A stretch of 64,000 nt of DNA, from sequence record MN871446.1, one strand, 5' to 3'. Origin of the DNA: Klebsiella phage KpLz-2_45. A model generated the notes under the pieces. The model did no database searches, was not told where the DNA came from, and saw only the letters and a list, made by a program, of their open reading frames with translations. Each line of letters begins with the position of its first letter. The first letter of the stretch is position 1. The position numbers and the translations under genes are program-made. Shown in pieces: positions 16,992 through 26,437 of this stretch.

Positions 16992-18515
16992 TTAAAAACG
17001 GCCGTTCCCGCCCCAACTGAAACCAGTCAACGCGTCATCGATACGGTTTTCTTCCATGGAGAATTGACTGTCTGCCAATTCGGTGATCGTACTTTGCAAG
17101 TCAGTGACGATCTTAGATGCCAGATCGTAGTCATCGGTTTTCTGCGGTGAGATAAGACCATCGCAATACATCGGAATAACGTAAAGCTCTTCCGGTTGGC
17201 CGTCTAACGACAGATTGATTTTAATGTCCGTGATTGCAGAACAGTCGATCGTACAGGTAACGATCATCTGACCGTTATGGGAAACGGGTTTCGCTACTTG
17301 ATACTCAATCAACTGACGAACCGCGTTCACCGCGCCCGAGACGTTCGAACCCGGAATCAACGGACGTTCACCCCAGACCTCAACCTGCATTTCTCCGATA
17401 TCGTTATCATTACTGAAAGCGATCATGGCATCAGAGATGTGGTTGGTCATCAGGATAGAAGGTACGGCTTGAGAGATGATACGAACGGCTACTGCATCAA
17501 CACCTGCACCGCCGAGGTTGTTCCCACGTCCACGTTCGTAGCTTTTATAACCACGCTCTTCGACCTGTTTCGGATTGATAAACTGCGTGACGGGCTGACC
17601 ACGATAAGTCTCTGGCCAATCTACCATCCGCGCTAAGTCTTCGAGGCGAATGACGCCTTCTTGATAGAAGTCGCATTCTTGCAGGAACTGTGCAAAGAGT
17701 GGGTTATCTTCTGTTTTGCTCAGGTTAACTGCTCCTGCCGCCAGTTCCGATTTTGACATCTCTTCCCCTGCTAACGCAGAGTCGGGGTTCCAGCTCGGCT
17801 GCTCCATTGTCTCCGCCAGTACACCCGCCTTCAACACCGTCGAGATGTAGTCCGCCGCATTATTCTCACGACGAGAACCCATCTTGATATCGCCCACCAG
17901 ATCAGCACGGGTATCAATAATCTGATCGCCGCCGGAATGGTAACGCTGATAATCCTGGATACCTACGTCATTGAAGATATCGTGCGGACGAATTAAACGC
18001 TCGCCACGGTCACGGCGAAGACCACGCTGGCCTTCGTTACGACCCCGACCACGGATAACGTACTCAGAGGATTCAATTCGTGGACGCAGAATACGGCCAC
18101 GGCCCGTATCGAGAACGGTGTCACGGATGATGATGGAGTTATTGATGAAGAGATCCATTTGGTCATCCAGTTCACCGCTGACCATGCTGACGCCGTTATA
18201 ATCGGTGAACCCGGTCAGTACCTGACGTTGGGTAGATCCCGCATAGTCAGAGATCAGGAACGTGATAATGAAACTCAAACGTTTCTCACCCCAACCCCCG
18301 GGGATATCAATAATCGAACCGCGTTTTGCAGTCATGCTGATCGCATCGTTAACGGCTGTAGATAACGAAATCGAGTTGATGTTTCTGCCGCGATCAGTTG
18401 CTTTGACAAGACGGTCTTTCACGCCATTGTCGAAATGAGTCGTGAATGAGCTACCGTATTGGTCATCGTAATTAGAAGTGGTGAAGAAGAATGCACTAAT
18501 TACTGTCGGTTTCAT
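16992..18515 (-). CDS. Hypothetical protein (507 aa), possibly virion or nucleus associated
   Basis: Long ORF with an RG-rich internal patch (RGRGRNEGQRGLRRDRGER). Confidence 0.5.
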   Translation of the reverse strand: MKPTVISAFFFTTSNYDDQYGSSFTTHFDNGVKDRLVKATDRGRNINSISLSTAVNDAISMTAKRGSIIDIPGGWGEKRLSFIITFLISDYAGSTQRQVLTGFTDYNGVSMVSGELDDQMDLFINNSIIIRDTVLDTGRGRILRPRIESSEYVIRGRGRNEGQRGLRRDRGERLIRPHDIFNDVGIQDYQRYHSGGDQIIDTRADLVGDIKMGSRRENNAADYISTVLKAGVLAETMEQPSWNPDSALAGEEMSKSELAAGAVNLSKTEDNPLFAQFLQECDFYQEGVIRLEDLARMVDWPETYRGQPVTQFINPKQVEERGYKSYERGRGNNLGGAGVDAVAVRIISQAVPSILMTNHISDAMIAFSNDNDIGEMQVEVWGERPLIPGSNVSGAVNAVRQLIEYQVAKPVSHNGQMIVTCTIDCSAITDIKINLSLDGQPEELYVIPMYCDGLISPQKTDDYDLASKIVTDLQSTITELADSQFSMEENRIDDALTGFSWGGNGRF

Positions 18516-18543
18516 TTACAGGTTCCTTTTCGGTAGTTTGGTA

Positions 18544-20085
18544 TTAAGGTTTAGCAATGGTAGAACGCGTCTTAATGAAGATAATGAACTCAGCCAATAA
18601 CTGTTTAAAGTTAGGCGGTACCATTAATCCGCGATGATTATCTTCAATCATCGTACTTTCGTTTGCGATCTCAGCAACGACGTCGCGTTGCCAATAGTTG
18701 TTCGCAAATTCATTATAGAAGGCGTTAACGGCGATTTCGCCGGGAGTTTTTAGCATGGCTTTAGAGCGGGCAGACCCTAAAGTTGAATAGCGTCGATATG
18801 GATAAATTTCATTGAAGACATTCAGTTGCTCCTCTTTGATTTGTCCTGCATTGAAGATATTTTGGATTCTTTCTTTCTGCGTAGCACCAATCAAGTCCGC
18901 CAGCGCCGCGAACCCGTTTTGATAAAGATAGACCTGCGCAATAGAGATCAGATCAATCGCTCCGCTGCGCTCCGTATGCGGAATAGAACGCGTAACAACC
19001 TGTTGATGTAACGTCACCGCCACCAACTTCAGTTGCGCTTCGTTCGGGTTGAAAAACTTCCTGGACTTATTACGCGCAATCACCGAGAAAAGTAACGCTT
19101 GGTCGTAGTCATCACCGAGAATACGACTGGCTTTCGCCCGCAGTTCTTTCGCCCAATAGTCAAATGCGATACGTTCGCCGTCAGAAATACTTTCCCTGAC
19201 TTTATAACTTTCCGCCGTAGACAGGTTATCTTCTTCCCCGCCTGAGTCTTTGACCATGGTCTTTGGCCTGACGTCATCTTTGCCGCTCCGTCCGCCGTCA
19301 CTTGGAAGCTGCGTTTTGATCGCGCTCCACATCTTACTGATCAGGTTAACGGTTTCGACTTGATCATCGTCATCATCATGACTCAACTGAATCACTGACA
19401 GCCGACTCACCACGAGATACGCCAACATCCATTCGGGAATATCCGCTGAACCGATCCCAAAGATGATATTCTTCATCCCCGGTGTCGTCCCCGAAACCAC
19501 CGCATCTACGAATTCACGGAAACGTTCCATCGCCTGTGATTCATAGATTTCAGTTCGACGTAAAAGCTGTTGCGCGTAGATCTCTTTGTTGGATTCTGCC
19601 ATTGCGGATTCCAACGCCAAGAACTCACTCCAGATCGGCACCATTGCTTTCAGAGCAATCGACATCACGGTCAGTTGACGATAATCCGGTTCCAGATATG
19701 TTTGCTCTGGACGATCATCTTCCAGCAAAGACGTTTTCAAATCTGGGGGTAAACGGATATCGCTGTAGTGACGCATCCAGTGATCGATCAAGGCTAACGG
19801 CAAGAACTGATAAAGTTCAATGATGTCCTCGTTGACCATTTTACTCGTGGTATTGAATTCGTACGCATTGTCCAGTTTATCACGAATGTTACGATAAACT
19901 AAGAAGACCTTTTCCTGAATGTCTTCTTCGAGATAAGAGAAGAATCGATTAATGTCACGAAACGTTGTTTCGTTCCAGGTTAATTTCTTCATCTCCCAAA
20001 AGAGCGTGTCGTATTCCCCGTGACTCATGCAGAGTACACGTGTTTTTGCTCGACCACCTAAACTTTCATCAAAATAAAATTGCAT
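18544..20085 (-). CDS. Hypothetical protein (513 aa)
   Basis: Long ORF preceded by the conserved promoter-like motif; acidic DDDDD patch. Confidence 0.5.
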   Translation of the reverse strand: MQFYFDESLGGRAKTRVLCMSHGEYDTLFWEMKKLTWNETTFRDINRFFSYLEEDIQEKVFLVYRNIRDKLDNAYEFNTTSKMVNEDIIELYQFLPLALIDHWMRHYSDIRLPPDLKTSLLEDDRPEQTYLEPDYRQLTVMSIALKAMVPIWSEFLALESAMAESNKEIYAQQLLRRTEIYESQAMERFREFVDAVVSGTTPGMKNIIFGIGSADIPEWMLAYLVVSRLSVIQLSHDDDDDQVETVNLISKMWSAIKTQLPSDGGRSGKDDVRPKTMVKDSGGEEDNLSTAESYKVRESISDGERIAFDYWAKELRAKASRILGDDYDQALLFSVIARNKSRKFFNPNEAQLKLVAVTLHQQVVTRSIPHTERSGAIDLISIAQVYLYQNGFAALADLIGATQKERIQNIFNAGQIKEEQLNVFNEIYPYRRYSTLGSARSKAMLKTPGEIAVNAFYNEFANNYWQRDVVAEIANESTMIEDNHRGLMVPPNFKQLLAEFIIFIKTRSTIAKP

Positions 20086-20110
20086 GGTTTTTCCTCGGGT
20101 TTACGGCTAT

Positions 20111-20128
20111 CAATAGAGTAATATATGC
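20111..20128 (-). promoter_or_regulatory. Conserved intergenic motif copy
   Basis: caatagagtaatatatgc, ~27 nt upstream of the 18544..20085 gene start and after the upstream terminator. Confidence 0.5.
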
Positions 20129-20130
20129 AC

Positions 20131-20170
20131 GAAAACAAATGGAACCGAGCGAGTCTCACGACTCGCTCGG
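20131..20170 (-). terminator. Terminator after the SSB-like gene
   Basis: 11-bp stem ccgagcgagtc/gactcgctcgg, then a T-rich run on the minus strand. Confidence 0.6.
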
Positions 20171-20179
20171 GTATTCCTG

Positions 20180-20998
20180 TTACCAAGGAACGTCGTTATC
20201 AAAAGTGCCTTGCGGCGCCGCAGGTGCAGCAGGTTGAGAAGACGCTTGGTTGCCGCCACCCCAACTATTACCGCCGTTACCGCCACCGGAATTGTTGTTC
20301 CAGTTCCCGCCGCCGTTACCGCCTTGACGTTTAGCGAAGTTCTGCTGGTTCTGCTGACGGTTACGGTCTTTCGCTTCTTGAACTTCTTGGTCAGACATAT
20401 AACCCGCTTTCAGAATGCTGTTAACGTGATCCCACCAGATGTCTGCACGAGCACGGGCCGCCAGAGAAGAAACATAACCGTTAGTCAGGACTTCACCGGA
20501 AGAAAGACGCAGCTGTGTCATCTTCGGCGGAGTGAAGTAGAACTTCACGTTATCGCGCCCTTTCATCATCAGACCAATGAAAACGCCTTCCTGGTCTTTA
20601 CCTACAACAACCATGACTTCGGTTTCAGGGCGATCGAGCTTTTTGCCGAACATGAAAGTTGTCATACTTTCAAGTTTAACGATCGAAAGCGGCTGTCCGT
20701 TCTCATCCTGTGCGCGACCCGAAGCAATGTCTTCGATCGCTATTGTGATCATTCTGAACTGCGTCAACGAAGGGTAGAAATCGATTTTCCCGTCACGACC
20801 TTGTTTACGCAGGTTCACACCCATTTTGATATCACGGACTTTAACGTGATTACCATCAACTTTGTGATAACGGAAATCGACGAACAGAAACGGTTCTTTA
20901 CCGTCACTGCTTTGTGTTGCAGGTGCGCTCAAACGGCAGTCCCAAGCATCCATCGCGCGAAGAGGACGTCCGAGATCAAATGTACTGTTGTTAGCCAT
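20180..20998 (-). CDS. Putative ssDNA-binding protein with SSB-like architecture
   Basis: Globular N-domain, then a Gly/Asn/Gln-rich linker (QGGNGGGNWNNNSGGGNGGNSWGGGNQ), then a C-terminal tip FDNDVPW that resembles the SSB tip DDDIPF. AAGG sits 7 nt upstream of the second in-frame ATG, so the track start at 21016 is probably 18 nt too long. Confidence 0.4.
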   Translation of the reverse strand: MANNSTFDLGRPLRAMDAWDCRLSAPATQSSDGKEPFLFVDFRYHKVDGNHVKVRDIKMGVNLRKQGRDGKIDFYPSLTQFRMITIAIEDIASGRAQDENGQPLSIVKLESMTTFMFGKKLDRPETEVMVVVGKDQEGVFIGLMMKGRDNVKFYFTPPKMTQLRLSSGEVLTNGYVSSLAARARADIWWDHVNSILKAGYMSDQEVQEAKDRNRQQNQQNFAKRQGGNGGGNWNNNSGGGNGGNSWGGGNQASSQPAAPAAPQGTFDNDVPW

Positions 20999-21068
20999 AA
21001 CTAGCCTTAATTTCACGGTTAAGAAAAGGGTATCGTATTAACTCACCCTCGCGTAAAAACTGAGACTC

Positions 21069-21914
21069 TTAGAAAAGTCTTTTTAGCATCTCAGCAGTGT
21101 AGCGGTCGTTCATCCAGTTCAGGTTGAGCCTTATTTTGTCCATCGTTGTCATCGTTGTCCATTTGAAACGTTCTGACAATTCAAGAACAGCCTCCCTCAC
21201 CGGTTTGGGGTAACGCATAAAAAGAATATTTCGGTCACCGAAGACCTGAATCGTGAACGCGTTAAATGGAATCCTCGGGTAGAGCTTTCCATCCGTCAAT
21301 TTGGTGTTCCACTGACTCTTCGATTTGATCGCACCTGAATACGATTCAATCAAACGTAATTGCGTAAACTCAGTACGGGAAAGTAAGTCAATGGAGTAAT
21401 GAGTCATAATCAGAGCTTTGATCGGTTCCCCTTTTAACTGAGAGCCTTTATCAAAGTCGACATAGCGTCCGATGGGTCGACGTAAAACCTCATCGATAAC
21501 ATTGTCCATTAAATGACGAAACGTTTTCTGAAGCGGAGTCTTCGGGTTAAACAAAATCGCGTGACGATAATCCCGTAGCAAGTTGGCGTATTCACGGTGA
21601 TATAAGGTAACTTTGTCAAGTTTCCCTTGCCCGTACTGAAGAATTTGATGGAGCTCTTCTTCGAGGGTATCAGCAAATGCTGCAACCACCGCCTGATTAG
21701 TACGCTGGCTTTTATCCTGCATCAGAGACCCTACAAGCGCTTTTCTGTCTTCGCCGTCTAACGCATCGTAGATGTTACGATAAAGCGTCCGTGTGTTGAT
21801 CCAGAGCCCTCCGTAACGTTTGTTTGGTTCAAGGGTCTCCATAGCCAAACTGGTACCAATGCTGAGCGGTAGTTCCCCTACCGCTCTTCTCGCAAGGATG
21901 TCGTAGATATTCAT
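21069..21914 (-). CDS. Hypothetical protein
   Basis: ORF. Confidence 0.5.
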   Translation of the reverse strand: MNIYDILARRAVGELPLSIGTSLAMETLEPNKRYGGLWINTRTLYRNIYDALDGEDRKALVGSLMQDKSQRTNQAVVAAFADTLEEELHQILQYGQGKLDKVTLYHREYANLLRDYRHAILFNPKTPLQKTFRHLMDNVIDEVLRRPIGRYVDFDKGSQLKGEPIKALIMTHYSIDLLSRTEFTQLRLIESYSGAIKSKSQWNTKLTDGKLYPRIPFNAFTIQVFGDRNILFMRYPKPVREAVLELSERFKWTTMTTMDKIRLNLNWMNDRYTAEMLKRLF

Positions 21915-22147
21915 TCTGCTCCTTGGTCGACGTTCTTACTTTTGGTCACCGAGCTTAAAATCGCATAGATGACCCGGGCCAAAATCAATGCGAACAACGC
22001 TAATGTCGCATGAGCGGGAACGTTGTAGTCATTAGGGTGAAAGAGACTGGCGAAAGAGGACATAAACCAAAATAAAAACCAAAATCCTGATGCCGCAATA
22101 ATCTCCAGAATAATGTTCGTCGCCGGCTTATCCATCTTATTCCTCAA
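21911..22147 (-). CDS. Small membrane protein with two predicted TM helices
   Basis: Hydrophobic stretches ILEIIAASGFWFLFWFM and LALFALILARVIYAILS. Confidence 0.4.
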   Translation of the reverse strand: MRNKMDKPATNIILEIIAASGFWFLFWFMSSFASLFHPNDYNVPAHATLALFALILARVIYAILSSVTKSKNVDQGAE

Positions 22148-23258
22148 TTAATTCATTCAATAACGAAAGAGTCTTTTCAATTTTACTTGCCGGGATTTGT
22201 TCGTTCTCCCAGCGCTGTTTGAACAGAGGTTGAATACTTGACGGCGTGATAGGAGTAAACTCAAAACGTTTCTGAGTGAACGTGCTCCCCGCCACCGTTT
22301 GGGTTTTCTTTCCTCTTCTGATCTCACTGAGTTCATAATCAGGGAAAGTAGATTTAAGAATTTCCATCCACGCCGTCACCGGGTCATCGGACATAAACTC
22401 TAACCTTATCGCCGAGCCTTTCGGGAGATCACTCTGCCTGTCGATGAGATCGATAATTTCCGGGAAATCTAAACCGATAGTAGAAAGCGTACGGTATATT
22501 TTCGCCTGCTGATTAATCCGGCGTTTAAAGTCGACCTCTTTCCCGTTTAAGAACGTCAGTTCGATCACACCTTTAGGTTCTTCTTCCCCATGACCAAGTC
22601 GCTCCAATGAACCCACAGAGACCCATTTCAGATACCGACTGTGGTTATGGATATGCCCAGAGAGAATGACCAGGGAGACAAGATCACTCCATTTCACCGC
22701 ATCGTGTAACGCAGGGGAATGAATCCCAGGCAACTGATAAGTACAACCCCCATGAACAATAGCGATATCGACTTTTTCCAGCCCGCGAGAATGAATCAAA
22801 TCCTTAACCTGCTGGAGCGTTAGTTCCGCGTTATGAGTCCATTCATCGGGAAGGTAAAGTACGTTGATATCCCACGCCTCAAAATATTCGATACTCAACG
22901 TATCAACGTATTTCAGTTGCGCGTCAATCCCCTCGCCGTCGTTGATAAAATCGAAAATCTGATTCTGTCGACGGTCATGAGAGTTGGTCCCTTCTAATAC
23001 ACGGAGTAAAATGTTCCATTTTTTACAATAGCGCAAGAGGTGACGAACACCTTCAATTGCGTAGTAGATATCGGGTTCATTGAAACTGACCAAATGATCG
23101 AAGTAATCCCCTGACACCGTGAGGATGTCTAAATCGGGCTTTTCTTCCATCGGGTAAAGTCGCCTTAACCCCGCAAGCATTCGAGGGGATTTGGTTCGCT
23201 TATGGAAGAAGTGAATATCGCTGACAGCACCTATTGTGAGTTTTTTGTCAGAAATCAT
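22137..23258 (-). CDS. Calcineurin-like metallophosphoesterase (Mre11/SbcD-like nuclease)
   Basis: Phosphoesterase motifs in order: AVSDIHF (D-x-H), SGDYFDH (GD..D), GTNSHD (GNHD), IVHGG, SGHIHNH (GH.H). No Rad50/SbcC-like partner lies adjacent. Confidence 0.6.
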   Translation of the reverse strand: MISDKKLTIGAVSDIHFFHKRTKSPRMLAGLRRLYPMEEKPDLDILTVSGDYFDHLVSFNEPDIYYAIEGVRHLLRYCKKWNILLRVLEGTNSHDRRQNQIFDFINDGEGIDAQLKYVDTLSIEYFEAWDINVLYLPDEWTHNAELTLQQVKDLIHSRGLEKVDIAIVHGGCTYQLPGIHSPALHDAVKWSDLVSLVILSGHIHNHSRYLKWVSVGSLERLGHGEEEPKGVIELTFLNGKEVDFKRRINQQAKIYRTLSTIGLDFPEIIDLIDRQSDLPKGSAIRLEFMSDDPVTAWMEILKSTFPDYELSEIRRGKKTQTVAGSTFTQKRFEFTPITPSSIQPLFKQRWENEQIPASKIEKTLSLLNELIEE

Positions 23259-23805
23259 AATCGTCCGGTTGACTCAGTGAAGAGGGAGTTACAGGAGCAG
23301 CGTTCCCTTTACCTGTCGTTATTGTCGTTTGGCCAGGATAAGGGTAACCACAGTGCATCCTGATTTCGTGGAGGTGACGTTGCCACATTTCTTTATCGGC
23401 TGTTTCAAGCGCGAGTGAGGAGTAGATTTTCTCGCTCATGGCTTCGCCCTGTTTACGCATCCGATTCATAACCGTTTTTATCTCCATCCCGATGGAAAAT
23501 AACGAATTATGTTCGCCGGTGTAACGAGGTTGGAAATCGCCGAGAATAGGCGGGAAAACCCATTTAATCGTTCTATCCTCATCGAAGAGGAAAACCGGTT
23601 TATTCCGCCCAAACGCAATCAGGCGTTCCCACTCCTCTAACGCTTGTGTTTGGACAGCGGGTTCGGTATTAAAGAAACGTGGCGCCCAATTGGCTGCAAA
23701 ATCCCGCATACTGAGCTTACTGATCATCTCTGCGGAATATTGCATAACGTCGCTCAGATCCCGTTCCAGGTCTTCTCGTGTTAGCTTAGGCGTTGCATCA
23801 GTCAT
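23248..23805 (-). CDS. Hypothetical protein
   Basis: ORF. Confidence 0.45.
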   Translation of the reverse strand: MTDATPKLTREDLERDLSDVMQYSAEMISKLSMRDFAANWAPRFFNTEPAVQTQALEEWERLIAFGRNKPVFLFDEDRTIKWVFPPILGDFQPRYTGEHNSLFSIGMEIKTVMNRMRKQGEAMSEKIYSSLALETADKEMWQRHLHEIRMHCGYPYPGQTTITTGKGNAAPVTPSSLSQPDDYDF

Positions 23806-24196
23806 TGTTTAAAACCCCCAAAACATTTTTAATTACACCGTTGTAATACTCAATAATTCGTGAGAAGTCGTAACTCTTCCCTTCTCGCGTAAAACGCACT
23901 TTGAAGATTACACCGAAGGTATCTTTTGTCTCGTCGATTTCAGGCGTAACCAGGACTTTTACGTCGGAAAAATGCGTACTGAATAAAGTAGTGTATTGTT
24001 CCGTCATTTCCGTACAAAGGCTATTCGGGTCATCCGAGTACCTTTGTATCATCATGTCAAGGGAAATGATTTGACCGTGATACAGTTCAGACTGACTGTC
24101 CTTTGCCCAAATAGAGGAAGCGAATAATTCATCGGCAATCACAAAAGGATTTTTCGTATAACCGTGACCGTTTAAACTGGGGTGTACAGTGGCCAT
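23798..24196 (-). CDS. Hypothetical protein
   Basis: ORF. Confidence 0.45.
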   Translation of the reverse strand: MATVHPSLNGHGYTKNPFVIADELFASSIWAKDSQSELYHGQIISLDMMIQRYSDDPNSLCTEMTEQYTTLFSTHFSDVKVLVTPEIDETKDTFGVIFKVRFTREGKSYDFSRIIEYYNGVIKNVLGVLNND

Positions 24197-24243
24197 TTTT
24201 TACTCCTAGTTATTAAGTTTGGTCTACAGAAATACAGAACAGA

Positions 24244-24285
24244 AACAAAAAAGAAAGGGGCGAACCCCTTTCTTTTATTATTTTA
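24244..24285 (-). terminator. Terminator
   Basis: Stem agaaagggg/cccctttct with a cgaa loop; T-runs on both sides. Confidence 0.6.
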
Positions 24286-24903
24286 CAGTTTCTCACCTAA
24301 CGGACTGAAGGGGTCAATGCCTTCATCAATCGCGTTATTGATCACGTCAAAGGTCGCGCAAAGTTCCATCTGCTGTTCCAACGTCAGATGTTCTTCACCT
24401 TCAACATCACAAGCGCCATAGGTGTATTCCACCCACCACTCCCCTTTACTGTTTTTCTCTGCAACTCCATTGCGAATCGCTTTCCAGTAAGGGTCGTTTT
24501 CCGGCGTAGTCTCAAACACAAAGGCGTCGCGTTTAGAACCCCAGCCGTGCGTACTCTGGCGATCCCAAAGTGAACGGGTTCTCGGACTACTGAGTAACCA
24601 ACGTCGCATCTTCAGCGGTGCACTGGCCACTTCCTCAGGACTGTCCAAGAACTGAATAATGTTATCACGATAGAGACCGCGTTTACTGCTGTTCAAACGC
24701 TTGAGCTGACTTCTGACTGTGTCATCATAAAGCGATGAAATCATTGTCTTCGCCGAGTTCAGCATTCCTTTCGCCCGGTCAGACAGATTGGAACTAAAAC
24801 GCTCCAGTCTATCGTAAGAGCGCTGAATGTCCTCACGATCGGGAAGACCGAAGGCCGCTGCCCTAAAAACAGACTCACCGCCATCGATAATTGCAATTTT
24901 CAA
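24283..24903 (-). CDS. Hypothetical protein
   Basis: ORF followed by a hairpin terminator. Confidence 0.45.
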   Translation of the reverse strand: MKIAIIDGGESVFRAAAFGLPDREDIQRSYDRLERFSSNLSDRAKGMLNSAKTMISSLYDDTVRSQLKRLNSSKRGLYRDNIIQFLDSPEEVASAPLKMRRWLLSSPRTRSLWDRQSTHGWGSKRDAFVFETTPENDPYWKAIRNGVAEKNSKGEWWVEYTYGACDVEGEEHLTLEQQMELCATFDVINNAIDEGIDPFSPLGEKL

Positions 24904-26354
24904 AAGTGTCTCCCGTATAAGAAATTGTTGATTGTGGAACGCACAGGTTTCCCAATCTCCATGTTGCTATTCAAACTCAGAGGTTTATTGAGATCGAAAG
25001 TCCCCGTGTGCGGAGAAAGCTTCCGTATAGCAATAAAGTCCTCACGTGAAAGAATAGGCATTCCCGCGAGCTGGTCCCCATCGAAATCGCAGTTAGGGGC
25101 TCGGAGCACGAGTAAGCTTAGGCCGATGGTATTGTCGTGAGGGTCTGTCTTGAAGCGTGTAACGAACAGAGACTGTACTGAACGCAGGTTTAAGGTCGGG
25201 TTACGACCCAAGATCTGCGGTAAGCCACGTTTACCCTGAAGCGTTTCGTAAGGAGAACGATCAATCAGACGATTGAGAAGATCGTGCATGTACGGGTCGT
25301 ATTGCCCTACACAATCCAAAATGAACCGCTCACTCTGCGCCAAGGTTAATCCGTCACGCATTAACATCCCAAGAAGATGCGTATGATACAAGGTTATACC
25401 CATACCCCAAGGCATGTGCATTTCTTCGTAGTCATGTGCACCGGACAACGAACTCACCACGCCACGATAAGTCGGTCCTGTACGAGAACCGAAGATCTGT
25501 TTACGATACCAACCAGGTTTCGAACCCAAAACATTCTTATCGACAAACTCACGATACGCAATCAGCATTGTTAATGCTTTAAACGTATTATGCTCACGGG
25601 TGTTTTGATAACGGGGTTCCTCTTTCCCAACGAGTCCGTAAATGGCCCTTGCTGCGTCAACCACATTGACATAGCCCTCCGCGCAAAAGCGCGTTTTGTT
25701 TGAGAGTTCTGTAATGATACTACGCCGACTGGGTAACGGGATATATTGCGAAAAGAGGAGATGACGATTGTTGCGCATGAAGTCATAAACTTCGGTTCGC
25801 TTCTGGTCGGGTTTGAAGACAGGGGCCGTCATCAGTAATTCCAGAATTTCGTCGAAGTGATCAATGAAGTGGTTATACCCTCTTGGTATCCCTAACTTCT
25901 TGAATCGTTCATAGACTATGCTGTTGCGATTCTTAGGCTCATACCGCGTATTACAGAGCCATTCTATCGCACTAAAATCGTCTTGCTTAAAAGCCCGCAT
26001 TAACATATCGAGCGCATTAACGCGTATAAAGGCTCTAACGCCATGAGGGACTTTCATCCAAACACTGGACTCAAAACCTCGGTCAATCGGTGACATCACT
26101 TCAGTGTCACAATACGGACACACGGTATTGGCGGTGCCAGGTTTGGTTGAGGTATTATAACGACCAGTGGTCATCCCACATTCACACGAGGGTAACGTAT
26201 CGATCACGTCGCCTTCATACTCTGTCATGGTTAATTCACGGACAGGGTCAATGAGTTCATATTCGTCGGAACGAATTTCATTGAGAATAATAGGAGGACG
26301 TTTGAGCCGTTGTATGTCTTTGTCGTAGTCAGGTAACGCGTAATAAATGCCCAT
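24900..26354 (-). CDS. Multisubunit RNA polymerase beta' N-terminal-half-like subunit (phage split RNAP, non-virion type by synteny)
   Basis: Catalytic Mg-binding motif APNCDFDGDQLAGMP (= NADFDGD). N-terminal zinc ribbon LPSCECG...VCPYCDT. It lies immediately downstream of the chimallin-like gene, the same neighbourhood as phiKZ gp54-gp55. Confidence 0.8.
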   Translation of the reverse strand: MGIYYALPDYDKDIQRLKRPPIILNEIRSDEYELIDPVRELTMTEYEGDVIDTLPSCECGMTTGRYNTSTKPGTANTVCPYCDTEVMSPIDRGFESSVWMKVPHGVRAFIRVNALDMLMRAFKQDDFSAIEWLCNTRYEPKNRNSIVYERFKKLGIPRGYNHFIDHFDEILELLMTAPVFKPDQKRTEVYDFMRNNRHLLFSQYIPLPSRRSIITELSNKTRFCAEGYVNVVDAARAIYGLVGKEEPRYQNTREHNTFKALTMLIAYREFVDKNVLGSKPGWYRKQIFGSRTGPTYRGVVSSLSGAHDYEEMHMPWGMGITLYHTHLLGMLMRDGLTLAQSERFILDCVGQYDPYMHDLLNRLIDRSPYETLQGKRGLPQILGRNPTLNLRSVQSLFVTRFKTDPHDNTIGLSLLVLRAPNCDFDGDQLAGMPILSREDFIAIRKLSPHTGTFDLNKPLSLNSNMEIGKPVRSTINNFLYGRHF

Positions 26355-26382
26355 GATTCCCCTCTAAGCATTAAAAGTCAAG

Positions 26383-26418
26383 ACAAAAAAAGAAAGGACC
26401 GAAGTCCTTTCTTTTTAG
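26383..26418 (-). terminator. Terminator after the chimallin-like gene
   Basis: Stem agaaaggac/gtcctttct with a cgaa loop, then T7 on the minus strand. Confidence 0.65.
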
Positions 26419-26437
26419 AGTATTACCAAACTACGAA

